From the human T2T-CHM13v2.0 reference genome, Homo sapiens, in NCBI RefSeq assembly GCF_009914755.1, contig NC_060933.1: a stretch of 64,000 nucleotides of DNA; one strand, given 5' to 3'. The notes below the pieces were generated by a model. The model was not told the origin of the DNA. It was given only the letters and a program-made list of their open reading frames with translations, and ran no database searches. The position numbers and the translations under genes are program-made. Numbering within the stretch: the stretch's first letter is position 1; each line of letters begins with the position of its first letter. Below are positions 1-13,499 of the stretch, piece by piece.

Positions 1-1734
1 TAAGGTCACAGATCAACAGGATCCCAAGGCAGAAGAATTTTTCTTAGTACAGAACAAAATGAAAAGTCTCCCATGTCTACTTCTCCCTACACAGACACAG
101 CAACCATCCGATTTCTCAATCTTTTCCCCACCTTTCCCGCCTTTCTATTCCACGAAACCGCCCCGATTTCTCAATCTTTTCCCCACCTTTCCCGCCTTTC
201 TATTCCACAAAACCGCCATTGTCATCATGGCCCGTTCTCAATGAGCTGTTGGGTACACCTCCCAGACCGGGTCGTGGCCGGGCAGAGGGGCTCCTCACTT
301 CCCAGTAGGGGCGGCCGGGCAGAAGCGCCCCTCACCTCCCGGATGGGGCGGCTGGCCAGGCGGGGGGCTGACCCCCCCACCTCCCTCTCGGATGGGGCGG
401 CTGGCCAGGCAGAGGGGCTCCTCACTTCCCAGTAGGGGCGGCCGGGCAGAGGCGCCCCTCACCTTCCGGACAGGGCGGCTGGCCAGGCCGGGGGCTGACC
501 CCCCCCCCACCTTCCTCCCAGACAGGGCGGCTGGCCGGGCAGAGGGGCTCCTCACTTCCCAGTAGGGGTGGCCGGGCAGAGGCGCCCCTCACCTCCCGGA
601 CGGGGTGGCTGGCCCGGCGGGGGGCTGACCCCCCCACCTCCCTGCCGGATGGGGCGGCTGGCCGGGCGGGGGGCTGACCCCCCCACCTACCTCCCAGACG
701 GGGCGGCTGGCCGGGCGGGGGGCTGACCCCCCCCACCTCCATCCCGGACGGGGCGGCTGGCCGACCGCCCCGCCTCCCTCCCGGACGGGGCGGCTGGCCG
801 GGCGGGGGGCTGACCCCCCCACCTCCCTCCTGGACGGGGCGGCTGGCCAGGCAGAGGGGCTCCTCACTTCCCAGTAGGGGCGGCCGGGCAGAGGAGCCCC
901 TCACCTCCCGGACGGGGCGGCTGGCCTGGCGGGGGGCTGACCGCCACCTCCCTCCCGGACGGGGTGGCTGCCGGGCGGAGACGCTCCTCACTTCCCAGAC
1001 GGGGTGGCTGCCGGATGGAGGGGCTCCTCACTTCTCAGACGGGGCGGTTGCCGGGCAGAGGGTCTCCTCACTTCTCAGACGGGGCGGCCGGGCAGAGACG
1101 CTCCTCACCTCCCAGACGGGGTCGCGCCGGGCAGAGGCGCTCCTCACATCCCAGACGGGGCGGTGGGGCAGAGGTGCTCCCCACATCTCAGACGATGGGA
1201 GGCCAGGCAGAGACGCTCCTCACTTCCTAGATGGGATGGCGGCCAGGCAGAGACGCTCCTCACTTCCCAGACGGGGTGGCGGCCGGGCAGAGGCTGCAAT
1301 CTCGGCACTTTGGGAGGCCAAGGCAGGCGGCTGGGAGGTGGTTGTAGCGAGCCGAGATCACGCCACTGCACTCCAGCCTGGGCACGGTTGAGCACTGAGT
1401 GAACGAGACTCCGTCTGCAATCCCGGCACCTCGGGAGGCCGAGGCTGGCGGATCACTCGCGGTTAGGAGCTGGAGACCAGCCCGGCCAACACAGCGAAAC
1501 CCCGTCTCCACCAAAAAAATACGAAAACCAGTCAGGCGTGGCAGCGCGCGCCTGCAATCGCAGGCACTCAGCAGGCTGAGGCAGGAGAATCAGGCAGGGA
1601 GGTTGCAGTGAGCCGAGATGGCAGCAGTACAGTCCAGCTTTGGCTGGGCATCAGAGGGAGACCGTGGAAAGAGAGGAAGAGGGAGACCGTGGGGAGGGAG
1701 GGAGAGGGAGAGGGAGGGGGAGGGGGAGGGGGAG
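1..1734 (-). mobile_element. SVA retrotransposon (SINE-R part, VNTR, Alu-like region, CCCTCT hexamer head); 3' end runs off the window start
   Basis: SINE-R sequence at 1-~265, GC-rich ~35-50 bp VNTR at ~270-1290, Alu-like segment at ~1290-1660 and (GGGAGA/GGGGGA)n at 1670-1734, which is the hexamer on the - strand. Candidate TSD CTACATTTCAATTTTT at 1735-1750. Confidence 0.97.
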
Positions 1735-2048
1735 CTACATTTCAATTTTTACAACATTGTACTTAATCAGTTTCATTATCAACTTCATACTTTAAGAAAT
1801 GCATTAAAATTAAAAATATTTAAAAATGTTTCTTCTTTATTAAAGAGCAGTCAGTGTTGAATCATAATCTAGAGATTTTTAGCACAAGCAACAGATTAAA
1901 AAGTCATCAGACAGATGGCCAAGATAACTACAATAAAGTGTACAAAATATATGATTATAATAATTAAATATTTTAATTGCTAGTAATTACTGTAAATTAC
2001 TTTAAAAACTAATTATAACCAAATTTGAGTAAGCTGACTTGTTTATAC

Positions 2049-2631
2049 CCACTTCTACTTGATATCCTGGCAATAAAATGGATCTCAAAACATATCCTTA
2101 TGGTTCATAAAAAGCTAACAAATGTTTCAAAAATAGTGTAAGGAAATTTAATGTAATATTACTTATTTAGTTATTCCCAGTGTTTTTCTGAAAACAACTA
2201 TTTTCTAGTTCATATGATTAAAATAGGTAAGAAGTGCTGCTAGATAAATTAAAATAAAATATGGCAACAAGGTAACTACCCAGGCTTATGCTGATTTCAA
2301 ACAATTCAAAGAAAAGTATAAAACAAATATCAATGGAAAGCAACCAATAAGGACACCATAACCTTAAAAGTTGTTTATTTAAAAAATTATATTTGCCCTT
2401 TGTTCAAAATTTCCATATTATGAAAAAATAAGACAATTTTAAAATTATTAACTTTCCAAGCATTCCAAATATATGCCAATTAACTGGTATGGCATTGTCT
2501 CCAATTTTAATAATTTCCAGTTTTTTAAATATGATGTGATTTCCAGTGCTAATCATAGGTGTATTGGTCTTGGATAGACAGAGACCAAATGAAGAACAGA
2601 TCAACATCGAAGAGAAAGTTTCATAAGGTCT
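2049..2631 (-). pseudogene. Pseudo-exon cluster: 2453-2631, 2280-2362, 2049-2114
   Basis: TTTTAG|..|GTTAAT, TTTAAG|..|GTAGTT and TTGTTAG|..|GTATAA. They join in phase as DLMKLSLRC*SVLHLVSVYPRPIHL*LALEITSYLKNWKLLKLETMPYQLIGIYLECLE-SYGVLIGCFPLIFVLYFSLNCLKSA*AW-LFMNHKDMF*DPFYCQDIK*KW. Confidence 0.45.
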
Positions 2632-3535
2632 CTAAAACAGAGTCTGGCTAATATTTATTGAGTGTCAATTTTGAACAATGTAATAAGAGATTCTAAATGA
2701 TTAAAAACATTAAGTACAAGAAAAAATCCACTAGACCACGGTGTGAGAGAGAAATACCACACATTTGCCACCATTGCAGATATTCAAATGCCATTGGATC
2801 ACATTCTTAGTCAATAAGAAAATAGGACACCTGATAAAATTTAAGCAAGACCCTCAATACATAAGTAGAAATAAGAAATACAAAATTAATATAAGCGTAT
2901 TCAGTCTGTTAGGTGCATTTAAATGCATTATTGCTATGACTTTGGTATATACAAGAAAAACTTGAAAGCAAACTGTGAACTTAAGAATTTCTAACATTCA
3001 TAAGGCTTCTTTACATTTCAGTTCCAAATAGACTTTTAATAAATAGAAACTTGAGCTATATTTTCAGATTTTCTTATTTTAGTCATAATATACATATACA
3101 TTTTTTATTATGACAGGTTATTAGGTTTTGTTTCTGTTTTTTTTTGGCGGCAATGATTTTAAATAACCATTCCTGTTCACTCTTGACTTAGTTTTGTTGA
3201 TCTGGGTGCTAATTATTATTATTACTCTCACTGTTTTCCATCTGTCAGCTCATCTGCAGGGTCTTAAACTGCTTAAGCTTATGAAAACACGAAACATTCT
3301 GGGGTTGCTTCACTGTCTAGTTTCTCTACATCATTAATACCATAATCAGGATAGCACAACTCAAAAACCAGACAAATCATCTGCCATGCATGTTTCGCTA
3401 TTCACTACTTTAACATTTTTGAAGCACTTATTATCAGGCACAGTGCTAGGTCCCAGGGATATAAAGATGAATAAGATTAAATATTAGCAGTACATTATGA
3501 TGAGTTACAATTACGCTGTAAACGTTTTTTCTTAC

Positions 3536-4674
3536 GAACCTGATCATATCTCTTTTCTGTGGATTTTTTTCAAGCTTTCTTAATATTGAGTTCACCTTTA
3601 AATCCAGGATTATGTAAGTATCTCCAGGTAATTTTATTCTCCCACTAAAACAGAAGCAACATTAATGTAAAATACCCCATGGGGTTTGTTATGTAGGGGA
3701 TTACCTAAACTAATTACTAATATACTATCTATGATACAGTTACCCGCACCCTCCAACCTCTTCCCAGTTACAGAATCAATGTTATAAATTGTACTGGCAG
3801 CATTTATATTAGGGTTGTCAAATTTATTCATATTATGAATTCTGCTACAGGATTTCAGTTTAATTACTTGAATTAGATACCCCTACCATATGTGCATCCA
3901 GTTAATTTATACCTTGTTTTAGGGCCTGTTCTATAGTTCAAAGCTCCTAACAACTTGCTAATAAATATGAAAGGAAATTTGAAGATAACTTGTAACATAC
4001 ATTTTTTATTATTCTAAAATTATACTACAAACAGAAGCACTTTTGTAAAGCTCAACACTACATTTATATTCTTCACATTACCTTTTCACAATAATCTCCA
4101 GTATTAAAATGGAGATTGATTTCCACAGAAGTATTGATGGCTCCAGAATGTAATGGAAATAATACAGAAACACAACTAATCTCTTATACATAAAGAAAAT
4201 ATTTTTCTAATGAAATATTATTAACATATTTCCTCAAATTGTTAGGAAAAAACAACTTGCCAGTGATATAACATTTGATAAACATCTCTTCGCTCTGAAC
4301 ACTAGAGACTATATATTGTTAATACATCTCAATTCGGCCAAGCAGAGGTAAAATATTTTTATTTGATATTACTTTGTTTGATTTTCTGTACCTCACAGGC
4401 CTCCTTTTATAAAAACCCAGGCAGGGTCATAGGTTTTAAGAAACTCCATCTCTCTGGCAGCAGTCAGGGCATAGTCCCATGGTTCTGCAGTTTGTTCATT
4501 TCACAAAGGATGTTGGCTGTGGGGACAAGTAGGGACTGAAACCCAGTCCTTACTGCTCCACTTGTCAAACTATGCGGTGCCCCATTACAGGACTGACAGG
4601 CGTTGTGGTATCTTAGAGGAAGGTGTACTTCTATGCAACTTTGTGCCCAGGGATGCTCACTTTTTACCATTCAT
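3536..4674 (-). pseudogene. Pseudo-exon cluster: ~4261/4392-4674, 4082-4182, 3536-3644
   Basis: TTGTCAG| at 4674, AAG|GTAATG at 4082, and TTTTAG|..TTC|GTAAGA at 3644/3536. Translations include EPWDYALTAAREMEFLKTYDPAWVFIKGGL and ISCVSVLFPLHSGAINTSVEINLHFNTGDYCEK-WENKITWRYLHNPGFKGELNIKKA*. Confidence 0.5.
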
Positions 4675-5699
4675 CTGACAAGAGGCAGAATCTTTCAGTA
4701 ATTCTCAGAAGGCACTATATATGTTAACAACAACCTCACCTTTTTCTGGGGGTAGGTGGAGAATTGGAGGAGGATATGAAACTAGAATCAACAGACTCCC
4801 TCCTTGCCCTCATTATTTACATCCAAACACACCAAAATGTATCTCTAACTCTTTTGTCCCATTACCACTGCCTTTGTTTAGGACCAAATATTATCTGACC
4901 TGAAACTGCCTATGAAATAGTTTTTCCTTTAGGCTCTCTGAGTCTTCAGAGTCTAATTTATTTCCCTACTTTCTGCTTACCATTCGGCCTCAAATCTGGT
5001 ACACCATGCTCACCCACTCCATTTGTCTCCACTCAGTCCCATCATAGGCATTGTGAACCTGAATATATCATATCCTCTCCAGTCATAATGATCCTCCTGG
5101 TGTGCTCCTGGTACCTGGCATCCTCTATTCCTTCACTTCTTTTCTGCCTAGCTTATTGACTTTCAAGGGGAGTAGATTTGTATGCCTTTGAGGTATTAAT
5201 AATAAGTATAATTTTTATTCCAAATCTTCATTTTTACATTTAATTTAGAGCTGCTTCTACTCCCCTAGTCATGTTTGTCTCAGGCTTGGAAACCTGCAAA
5301 GGGCTGGGGACTGGGTAAGATTTGGGAAGTGGCATCTTTACTGTTTTCCCTGTCTCATTCTTCAAGTCTTCCCCTGTCACTCACTGTGTTGTTTCTGGTC
5401 TCTCCCAAGTTAGAAACTTATTGGCTCTTTTAAGGAGAGCTTCTGTGAGACTCTGAAGTCCACTCTTCACAACCACTCTCAGTTTGCTGAAGTCTTTCTC
5501 CTGTAACGTTCACTGCTATGGGCCATGCACCCATGCATCCACTGATGCCATGTAAAGGGGCAATTCTACTGCAGGCTTGTGGGGACCATCCCAGAAAGCT
5601 AGGCTACCCCTCAAATCACTGCAGTCTGAGATGAGTGTGCCAAGTCAGGTAACAGCAGTGGTGAATGAATGGAAGGGGGCTTGTCCTCTGGAGTCCAGC

Positions 5700-5860
5700 C
5701 TCCACCACAGTAATCTGGGCACTCTTCCCCTCTCTGAGCTGCAGCTTCCTTCTCTGTAAAATGGGTTGATCCCTCCTAGGGCTGCATAAGGATTGAACAA
5801 GGTCTTGCTTACGCATCACTGAGCCCATGATTTTTACATACAGTAGGTGCTCATTAATGA
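5700..5860 (+). mobile_element. MIR SINE
   Basis: MIR core CTCTCTGAGC..CAGCTTCCTTCTCTGTAAAATGGG and 3' end CAGTAGGTGCTCATTAATG. Confidence 0.8.
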
Positions 5861-6409
5861 GCACTACTGATTCAGGGTGGCTGGGGCATCCAAGTCATGC
5901 ACCTCCTTTGGGGAAGCACCCCCCGGAGCCCATGTTTATTGTCCAAATAAACAGATGAGCCAACTGCTGTTCAGGAGGCCACAGGCTGTCCCCTATTGCT
6001 ACCAACCCCTACTGCTATGTTCTGCTATATATAGACTCTCATTCTGGGGTCCTCTCACCCTGCTACTGATTAGTCCTATGTTTCTGATGCTCTCTATAGT
6101 ACACCAGACCAGGACATCCTGTTCCCCGTGCATCAACTGTAAGTACAGTCTCCTTTCAAGGCAGATTTCTGTCTTTGATCTGCTATCTCAGATAGCTTTA
6201 GCCGGACTTTGTCCTTTGATTTTTTAAAGTAAAGTTCAGGCAATAGTCCCTATGATCTCCAAATTCCAAGGAATAAAGGTCAAATATTCCGAACACTTAC
6301 CTCCACCCCACTAACTATGCTCTGATCACAAGGTGGCAAGAGATCCCTGAGTAGTTTTGTAATGTAGATTTGGATGTACATTTACCCTTTGAAATTCACC
6401 CTCAAATAT

Positions 6410-7260
6410 CTCCTAAGCAATTTTGTGTTCCCTTTACCAAGATTTCCTCCATGTTAACATCTTTCAAAATAATAATACAATATCACTACCAGGATATTGA
6501 CATTGAAAAAAGCTACTCATCATATTCAAATTTCCTCAGTATAACTTGTACTCATTTGTGATTTTATGTGTATTTAGTTCTATATACCTTTATATCATGA
6601 GTAGAATCATGTATCTGCCATCTACCATCACAGTCCAGATACAGAACAGCTCCAACACTTCAAGGAATGTTTGTGCTGTCTATTTATAACCCTACCCACC
6701 CCCACCCCCAAACTTTGTCAAGCACTAATCTTTTTTCCATGTCTACAACTTAGTCATATCAAAAATCAAACATAAATAGAACCATACGGTATGTAAACTT
6801 TTGAGATTGGCTGTTTTATTCAGCATAATTCCCTGGAGGTTCCTATAAATGGTCAATCAATATGTCATCTCTTTTTATCGCTGAGTTGTATTCTACGCAG
6901 TGGATACCACAGTCTGTTTAACCAGTCACCTAATAGAGAACATTTTATTGATTTTATTGTTTCCTTATTTTTTGTTATCATAAAGAAATCTGTAATTAAC
7001 ACTTTAATATTGTGTGTGTGTGTGTGTGGGTGTGTGTGTGGGTGTGTGTTATGCCTCTGTAATAAATGCCTGAGAATCCAATTTCTGGGTCATACATTAA
7101 GGAGATGCTTAATTTTATATGAAACTTCCAAATTATTTTCCAATTTTTTTCAATTTTTCCCATTATTAACTTCCTTAGAAACTTTCATACTGTTTTCATA
7201 ATGGCTGTGCCAATTTACATTCTCACCAACAGTGTATTATGTTTCCCTTTTCTCCACAAC
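6410..7260 (-). mobile_element. Old L1 (L1MC/L1MB-type) 3' fragments with a (TG)n at ~7011-7049
   Basis: Antisense L1 3' UTR and ORF2 motifs such as GAGATTGGCTGTTTTATTCAGCATAAT and TTTACATTCTCACCAACAGTGTAT. Confidence 0.7.
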
Positions 7261-7411
7261 TAATTAGTAATTATTAATCATTGCTTAATAGCTAATAAGA
7301 AAAATTTAAAGTCAAGAGGGAAAGATCTATGAAGTATCAAATAGAAAAAAATATTTTGCTAATATTGAATTTTGATCACTAGCAAAGCAGCTAAATTTAA
7401 TCTGGACATAC

Positions 7412-9466
7412 TTTATGACGAAAGATTCTTTCACAGATGTCAGATATGCAAGAGAATATCAATTGCTTTGCAGTCCTGTGTTATAAAAACATTAATTTGG
7501 CATTTTTAATACCACAGATACTTTACCTCAACAGACACTTATAATCAAATTATGTACTAATGCCCTAAGACATCAGTGAATGTAAGTTATCCCTGCATCT
7601 AGAATGGTACTAGTTATCAACCATCTTTGGAGAAACCTAGAAAATAAAATCACACGAATCATTTCCATGTGCTCCAGTTTAGATGAAAATATTCAGCTAA
7701 GAAAGACTGAAGGAAAATGTTTGATACTTTACAGGTTTTGGACATATTGTAGTTTATTCTTTTCTTGTTAATCGTCCTAACAAAGAAATGACATTAAGTT
7801 ATTAAATTGGACCCTGGGATTGCAGAGCATCTTGTGACTAGCTGCTGTCAAGAAAATGTCTGGAACTTACTTACATATGCTTCCTATCCACATAACTTCC
7901 AATTTTCACAAAAGACCTGATTTTCCACTGTTCCCCCTTGTTGCTAGAATAGATTTAATTTGACTGATGACTTCCTTTCTTTTCTATTTATCATGTATAA
8001 GACATCTACAATAGCATCAGATATTTTATTACACTTTAAAGAAATGGTATTATTAGCTGTTCATAGCATCACCGTCTTATTTAAACATTATATTTAATAT
8101 ATGCAACTTGAAGATTTTTAAAGTTATAAGGATATGTTATACATAAAAATATTTAAAATAATGGTTTGCTTTTCTCACCTTGCAAAATGGTTAGCATGAT
8201 GGAAGAGTCTCCCAAATGTCACCGTTATATTGATAGACAACCTTTCACCAGTGTTAAGTGAAGGTTGAGCACTCTTAAGTGTGATCAGACTTAAACATGC
8301 AAAACAAATCTAAAGAAGCCTATAGTCTAATTTGAGATAAAATACTAACCCAAAGTAACTAATTAAAAAGCAATGCAAAAGCTATGAACATATAAATGTA
8401 ATTGATGTTTAATGAGTAGTATATGAAAAATTTTCTAAATGGCAGAAAATAAATGCTTGGTATTCTGGGCTGGGGCTGAGAAAACTTTGAAAAAGATGTC
8501 AGAAATAACGGAAAATATGTCAGTCTTTGCCTGGTATTATAGTGCATTCTTCCTCACACTTTCTTATTATCCCAGGTTAGATAACTCACTCTTCTTCTCA
8601 CTACCAAGATATGTGAGGTATTCTCAGTTCCAACTGGCCATAGAAATACCTTCTTTTTTAAATTTTACTTTTTTCTGCCTCAAGTCCATTTAAGTTCACT
8701 TAAGCTGTTTTAATAGGTAACCTCAAAACTTTAGGCTGTAGACCAAAGTGTTGGAATTTTACAAAGTCCAATTCTGACATTAAGTCATCTGTATGTAATA
8801 GTAGTCACACTCTACAAACATTACAAAGAGATTTCTGGTGTTCAGAAATGTATAGCTTAAATATCTAGCATCCTTTGGAAGACAGTAACTTACAACTGTA
8901 TATAACTATCATTTATAGGATAGCCCAGCTTGGACCAGAATTTTAAAATGTCCCATTAAAAACCTATTCAAAATCTTGTACTGCTCAATCTCATCAAGTG
9001 TTAATTAGATCATCCTCAAAGACAAGAGGATGGTTCAAAAGTATTCTGTATGATAATTTCTACTTCTGATCATCAACTTGGCGTAGATCTTTGAAATGTG
9101 ATTATACTTGTTACATGAGGGACTGTGAATCAGAAGACAGAGATAAAATTATAATAATAATAGATAATATTTTCAAAGTTATAATGGCATTTATACGCCA
9201 GAATGGTTCCTTATTTGAGGTGTGTTTGCTAACTAAAGCAATTAAGTGTTTCAATTCAGGGTAATAAAATGCAGCAACTCCTTTCAAGGTTTCATTAAAT
9301 TTAAACTTTTATAGTGAATACTGGCTAAGATTATTAATATATAATATGCCTTATGCTTTGGTAAAGTTTCACTGTCCTTTGCTGCACAAACCCAAGAGTG
9401 TTTCATATTACTTATAACGTAATCAATCAGTCTAAAAGATTGATTCACTGTTTAAGCTGGAGCAAT
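7412..9466 (-). pseudogene. Pseudo-exon cluster: 9350-9466, ~8964-9122, 8179-8309, ~7875-8005, 7733-7776, 7527-7636, 7412-7475
   Basis: 8179-8309 has TTCTTTAG|..AAG|GTGAGA and 43 open codons (ICFACLSLITLKSAQPSLNTGERLSINITVTFGRLFHHANHFA). It joins in phase to TTGTAG|..|GTAAGT at 8005-7875. 7412-7475 is also open (TAKQLIFSCISDICERIFRHK). Confidence 0.6.
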
Positions 9467-10629
9467 CTTTTGAAATAAATGTACAGTAACTGACAGCAAC
9501 AGTTTTCACATGGGTATTCTGAAAATGGAAAGAATAAATACACTTTACTTAAGTATCTTCAGTAATTTCCATTTAGTAGCACATGAAGGAACATGAAATA
9601 GCTTTAATGAGTAGTGAGTGAATTTAACTATTTGTGCATAGTACCATATTGATTTTAAGAAAAATAATAATAACATGCCAGGACTTCCCATAAATCATAC
9701 TGTAATTCCTTCCAAGAGGCTATGACTCTGCAGTAGTAGGCAAATGTATTTTTAATTCAATTTATAAATGGCTTAAAAAATACTAAAGGACACAAACTAT
9801 GCTCTAATAGTCCTCTGGAACAATGGTCTGTAGAACAAGATGTTAAAAGGAGGCATTTTCTGTGTTGGTTTCAGTTGAGACCCAAAATGCAATAACCAAA
9901 TAGTTGACAAGAACCTTCACATTTTTAATCAAAATGCTAGGTCATCTATGCAGAACTTGTAAAAGTGGCTTTCAAGAACCACCAGTTTTATAAGCCAGCA
10001 TCCTTTGCAGCGTAAGTGGCTGACAGTTTGGAAACAAGAAAGAAAAATATTTTTGGCTGGGAGCAGGGGTGGGAAATTGTTGAGCTGCTATAATCCCTCA
10101 AGTATCACTTCACCTCAAACTTTGAAGAAACTTCAGGGAGACTGCTTCAGAAGCTTATGTGTATACACTGATGCTCGGGGACAGAAGAGTTAATGTCTGA
10201 TATGCATTTTAGAAGTCCTCTCCTAAGACCAGTGTTGTAGGAGAATTCCAGAGGATTAGTAGAGCATAGTTTGTGTCATTCCGTATTTTTTAAGCCATAC
10301 ATACATTGAATTAAAACACTGTATTCCTAGCTGAGCAGAGTGAATTGTTAGCTACAGTCTCCCTGGGAGAGGCAAGATTCTGTAAATGTTTCCTGAAGAC
10401 TAAAGAGGGCAACTAAGAAGAAACAATCTGCTGAAAGACATTTCAAATTCTGTTCAAGAACAATGCATAGGTGAATGGAATAATCCCAACATAGGGGATG
10501 AATTTCCAGATTTCCAGGGGCTGGGGGAGAAATATTACGCATGTAACTGGACGAAAATGCATTTCCTGTATCATAGAAAATTCAGCCAAATAGTCCCAGT
10601 AGGGGCCTCTGAGAAATACAGATATCTCT

Positions 10630-10990
10630 GTGTCTCAATAGGCTACATTAGGCTGTGGTAACAAAAAATCCCTTAATTTTAATGGCGTAAAACCACAAGG
10701 ATTAATTTCTTGTTCAAGTATAATGGTTGTTGCGGGCCTGTGGGAGGCAGAAGCTGGCCCCTCTCATTGAAGTTTCAGTGATGTCATGATGAAACAATAG
10801 GCATCTCCTCTACAGTTGTAGACTGCAGTGTCTAAAGGAAAAGAAAGATCTCTGGAGACTCCCATCCCAGTTCAGCCTATCACTGACATTTTTCATTTTT
10901 GTTCAAAACTTCAAAACTCATTAATCAGAACTGGTTAAATGCCCTGCCCAACCACAGAAAGCCAGGAAGTTCAGTCCTACCATGTGTCCA
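10630..10990 (-). mobile_element. ERVL-MaLR LTR (old MLT1-type)
   Basis: TAGGCTACATTAGGCTGTGGTAACAAA...TTAATGGCGTAAAACCACAAGG resembles the MLT1 terminal motif. Confidence 0.6.
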
Positions 10991-12199
10991 AGAGGCACAC
11001 AGCCAGAAATTTTTTATAGCATTCACATCCACTGTACCACTTGAAGATAAAACAAAAAAAAATCATTGAAAAAGAAAGACAATCCACCAAACCCAGGGGA
11101 AGTTTATCCAGGGTTACATTTAAGTCAGTCAAGTCACACTTCACCTTTACCTCTCCTACCTTTCTGAGGCTTAACCCTAGAAGAGTCAGAGGCAGCATCC
11201 TTGAACAGGACAGAAAGCATAGAGGCGAACTGGGAGAAACACAGGAAAGGCTGACCAACTCCCCTTTTCCCAATAGAGGTGGCCAGAAAAATGCTGGGAA
11301 AACTTTCATATTAAATAGATTTAAGACCTCCTTTTTATATGAATAGTATGTAAAAGAAATGTCACTATTCATGTGATTAGCAGTAATTGCTGAACATTTT
11401 ATTCTCTAATAGTAAATGAAATAGGAGGCCTATCTGACATTTTATTCATGAGCAAGAAAATATTTAGCCCCATAGCGCAGGTTTGAATGAAAAATAGTGA
11501 AAGCAAAGTGGAGAAAGACCAGTTGGCTTAAATAAGGACAAATGAAAAACAGCTCATGCTAGATGAGTAAATTTTCAGTGAATGGTAAACAGGAAAAAAG
11601 TATTGAGAGAAAAAAAAAGCTTCAAAGTGAAGCTTAACGAAAACTATCAGAATGCCTTAAGAATATCACAGGAAATTATCACATATCACCAAGAGAATCT
11701 CAGAAGCATTAAGATAAAAAGCTATTACAGAAATAGGAAAAATGTTTAGAAATCAGGCTAGACTACCCTGGAGTTTTTCCCGGATACATGAAACCAAAAT
11801 TAAAGATAAAAATGCAGTGAAAATCTGACTTAAGTCAGAAACACCTAGGAAAATGCTCCATCACAGCAAAATGAATGGCAGAAAATCTGATTAGACTCTG
11901 TAACATTGGCCAAATAGTAATGCTGGGCAGAGACGAAAAACGTAATGTATTTCCAACAAACTAGATTTAGGTATAGAGTGATAACCCCTTATAGTATCAG
12001 AACACATTAATAGAACTCCCAGATGAAACTACCATTAAATCAGTAACTATTCAATCTTAATCTTTGAATTTTTCTTTTTCAGTGATACAGAAAGTATCAA
12101 AGAAGAAAATCGGATATGCATGTTTAAAGAGATCAAATATTCAAAATAAAAATGAGTAAAATATTGTTTGTTTTATGTAAATTGGCTATGTTTTAATTT

Positions 12200-13040
12200 T
12201 AAAAAGACCTTTTTAAACAAGTTAAGATATATAGAAAAATTTCATAGCACAAAGAGTTCTTATCTACGTTACACCCAGTTTTTCCTACTATAAACATCTT
12301 ACATAAGTATGGTACATTCGTCACAATTCATGAACAAACAAAAGTTACATTGCCGTTAACTACAGTCCATACTTTATTCAGATCTCCTTAGTTTTTATCA
12401 AATGTCCTTTTTCTATTGCAGGATCCCATACAGGATACCATATATTAGTTGTCATATATCCTTAGCCTCTTCTTGGCTATGACAGTTTCTCAGACTTTCC
12501 TTGTTTTTGATGAGCTTGACAGTTTTGAGGAGTACTGATCAGATATTCTGTATAATGTTCCTTGGTTGGGATTTGCCTATTTTTTTTCATGATTGGACTA
12601 AAGTTATGCATTTCTGGGAGGAAGACCACAGAGGTAAACCATCATTCTCACTATATCAAGGGTACGTTCTATCACTATGATCACCACAGTTGATGTTGAC
12701 CTTGGTCACTTGGTTGAGGTCATGTTTGTCTGGTTTCTGCATTGTAACATTACTTTTTCCTCCTCCTTTCTATGCATACTGTTTAGATGGAAGTCACTAT
12801 GTGCAGCCATGCTTAAAGAGTGGAGAATTATACTCCACTTCCTTCAGGGCAAGTATCTACATAAATTATTTGAAATTGTTTTGCATAGATTTGCCTATTC
12901 TTCCCAATTCATTCATTCATTTGATCATGTGTTTATATCAGCATGAACGCATGGATATTTTAGGCACAAATTCCACAAATTTTCATAACAGCCTTATAGA
13001 GATATAATTCACATATCATACAATTTACTCACTTTAAACT
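12200..13040 (-). mobile_element. L1MC-type LINE 3' UTR
   Basis: Motifs CAGGATCCCATACAGGATACCA, CAGTTTCTCAGACTTTCCTTGTTTTTGATGA and GGAAGACCACAGAGGTAAA. Confidence 0.8.
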
Positions 13041-13499
13041 GGCTCTAATTTGAAGAGATGGTAAAAATCAGTGCTTACTCAGATACAAAGAGTTGCTCAA
13101 CAATCATCAATCCAGGTCTAAATTACTATATGAAAGTTATCAATTAAGCCATCTATAACCATGTGTTTAAACTACAATAGTCAATTTGTATTGTTATCTT
13201 TGTTCTATAACCTATAAAATCAAACTCATATTATATTAAGATGCAATGAAACTGTTATAAAAAGGCAGGGAAAATCCAATAGAAAGAGATTTCAAGTTCA
13301 TTGGCTTTACTTTTCTGTACAAACCTCTCATTATTAGAAAAGTGATGTAAATTATTTCATTTAAGATTATTTTATTAGTGGCTTTTAATTGTATACTTAA
13401 TACAGGAATGACTTTGTGTAGGTACTGAGCACACAAATTTATTTTACACCCATGCTTTATCCTATCATCGTAAACTTCAGGTAAGACATGCAGGCCAGA

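Noticed and set aside
270-1290. Regularly spaced repeats resembling a CRISPR array
   Set aside because: This is the SVA VNTR, with no unique spacers, no cas genes and a eukaryotic context.
59-1860. Many overlapping Pro/Gly/Arg-rich ORFs up to 189 aa
   Set aside because: They are translations of the GC-rich SVA VNTR and Alu-like region, not genes.
2453-9466. Resemblance of pseudo-exon peptides (RLIDYVISNM; PIHL*LAL) to axonemal dynein heavy chain N-terminal motifs
   Set aside because: The similarity is short and from memory, and the motif order is reversed relative to my recollection of DNAH6, so it is not supportable without a search.
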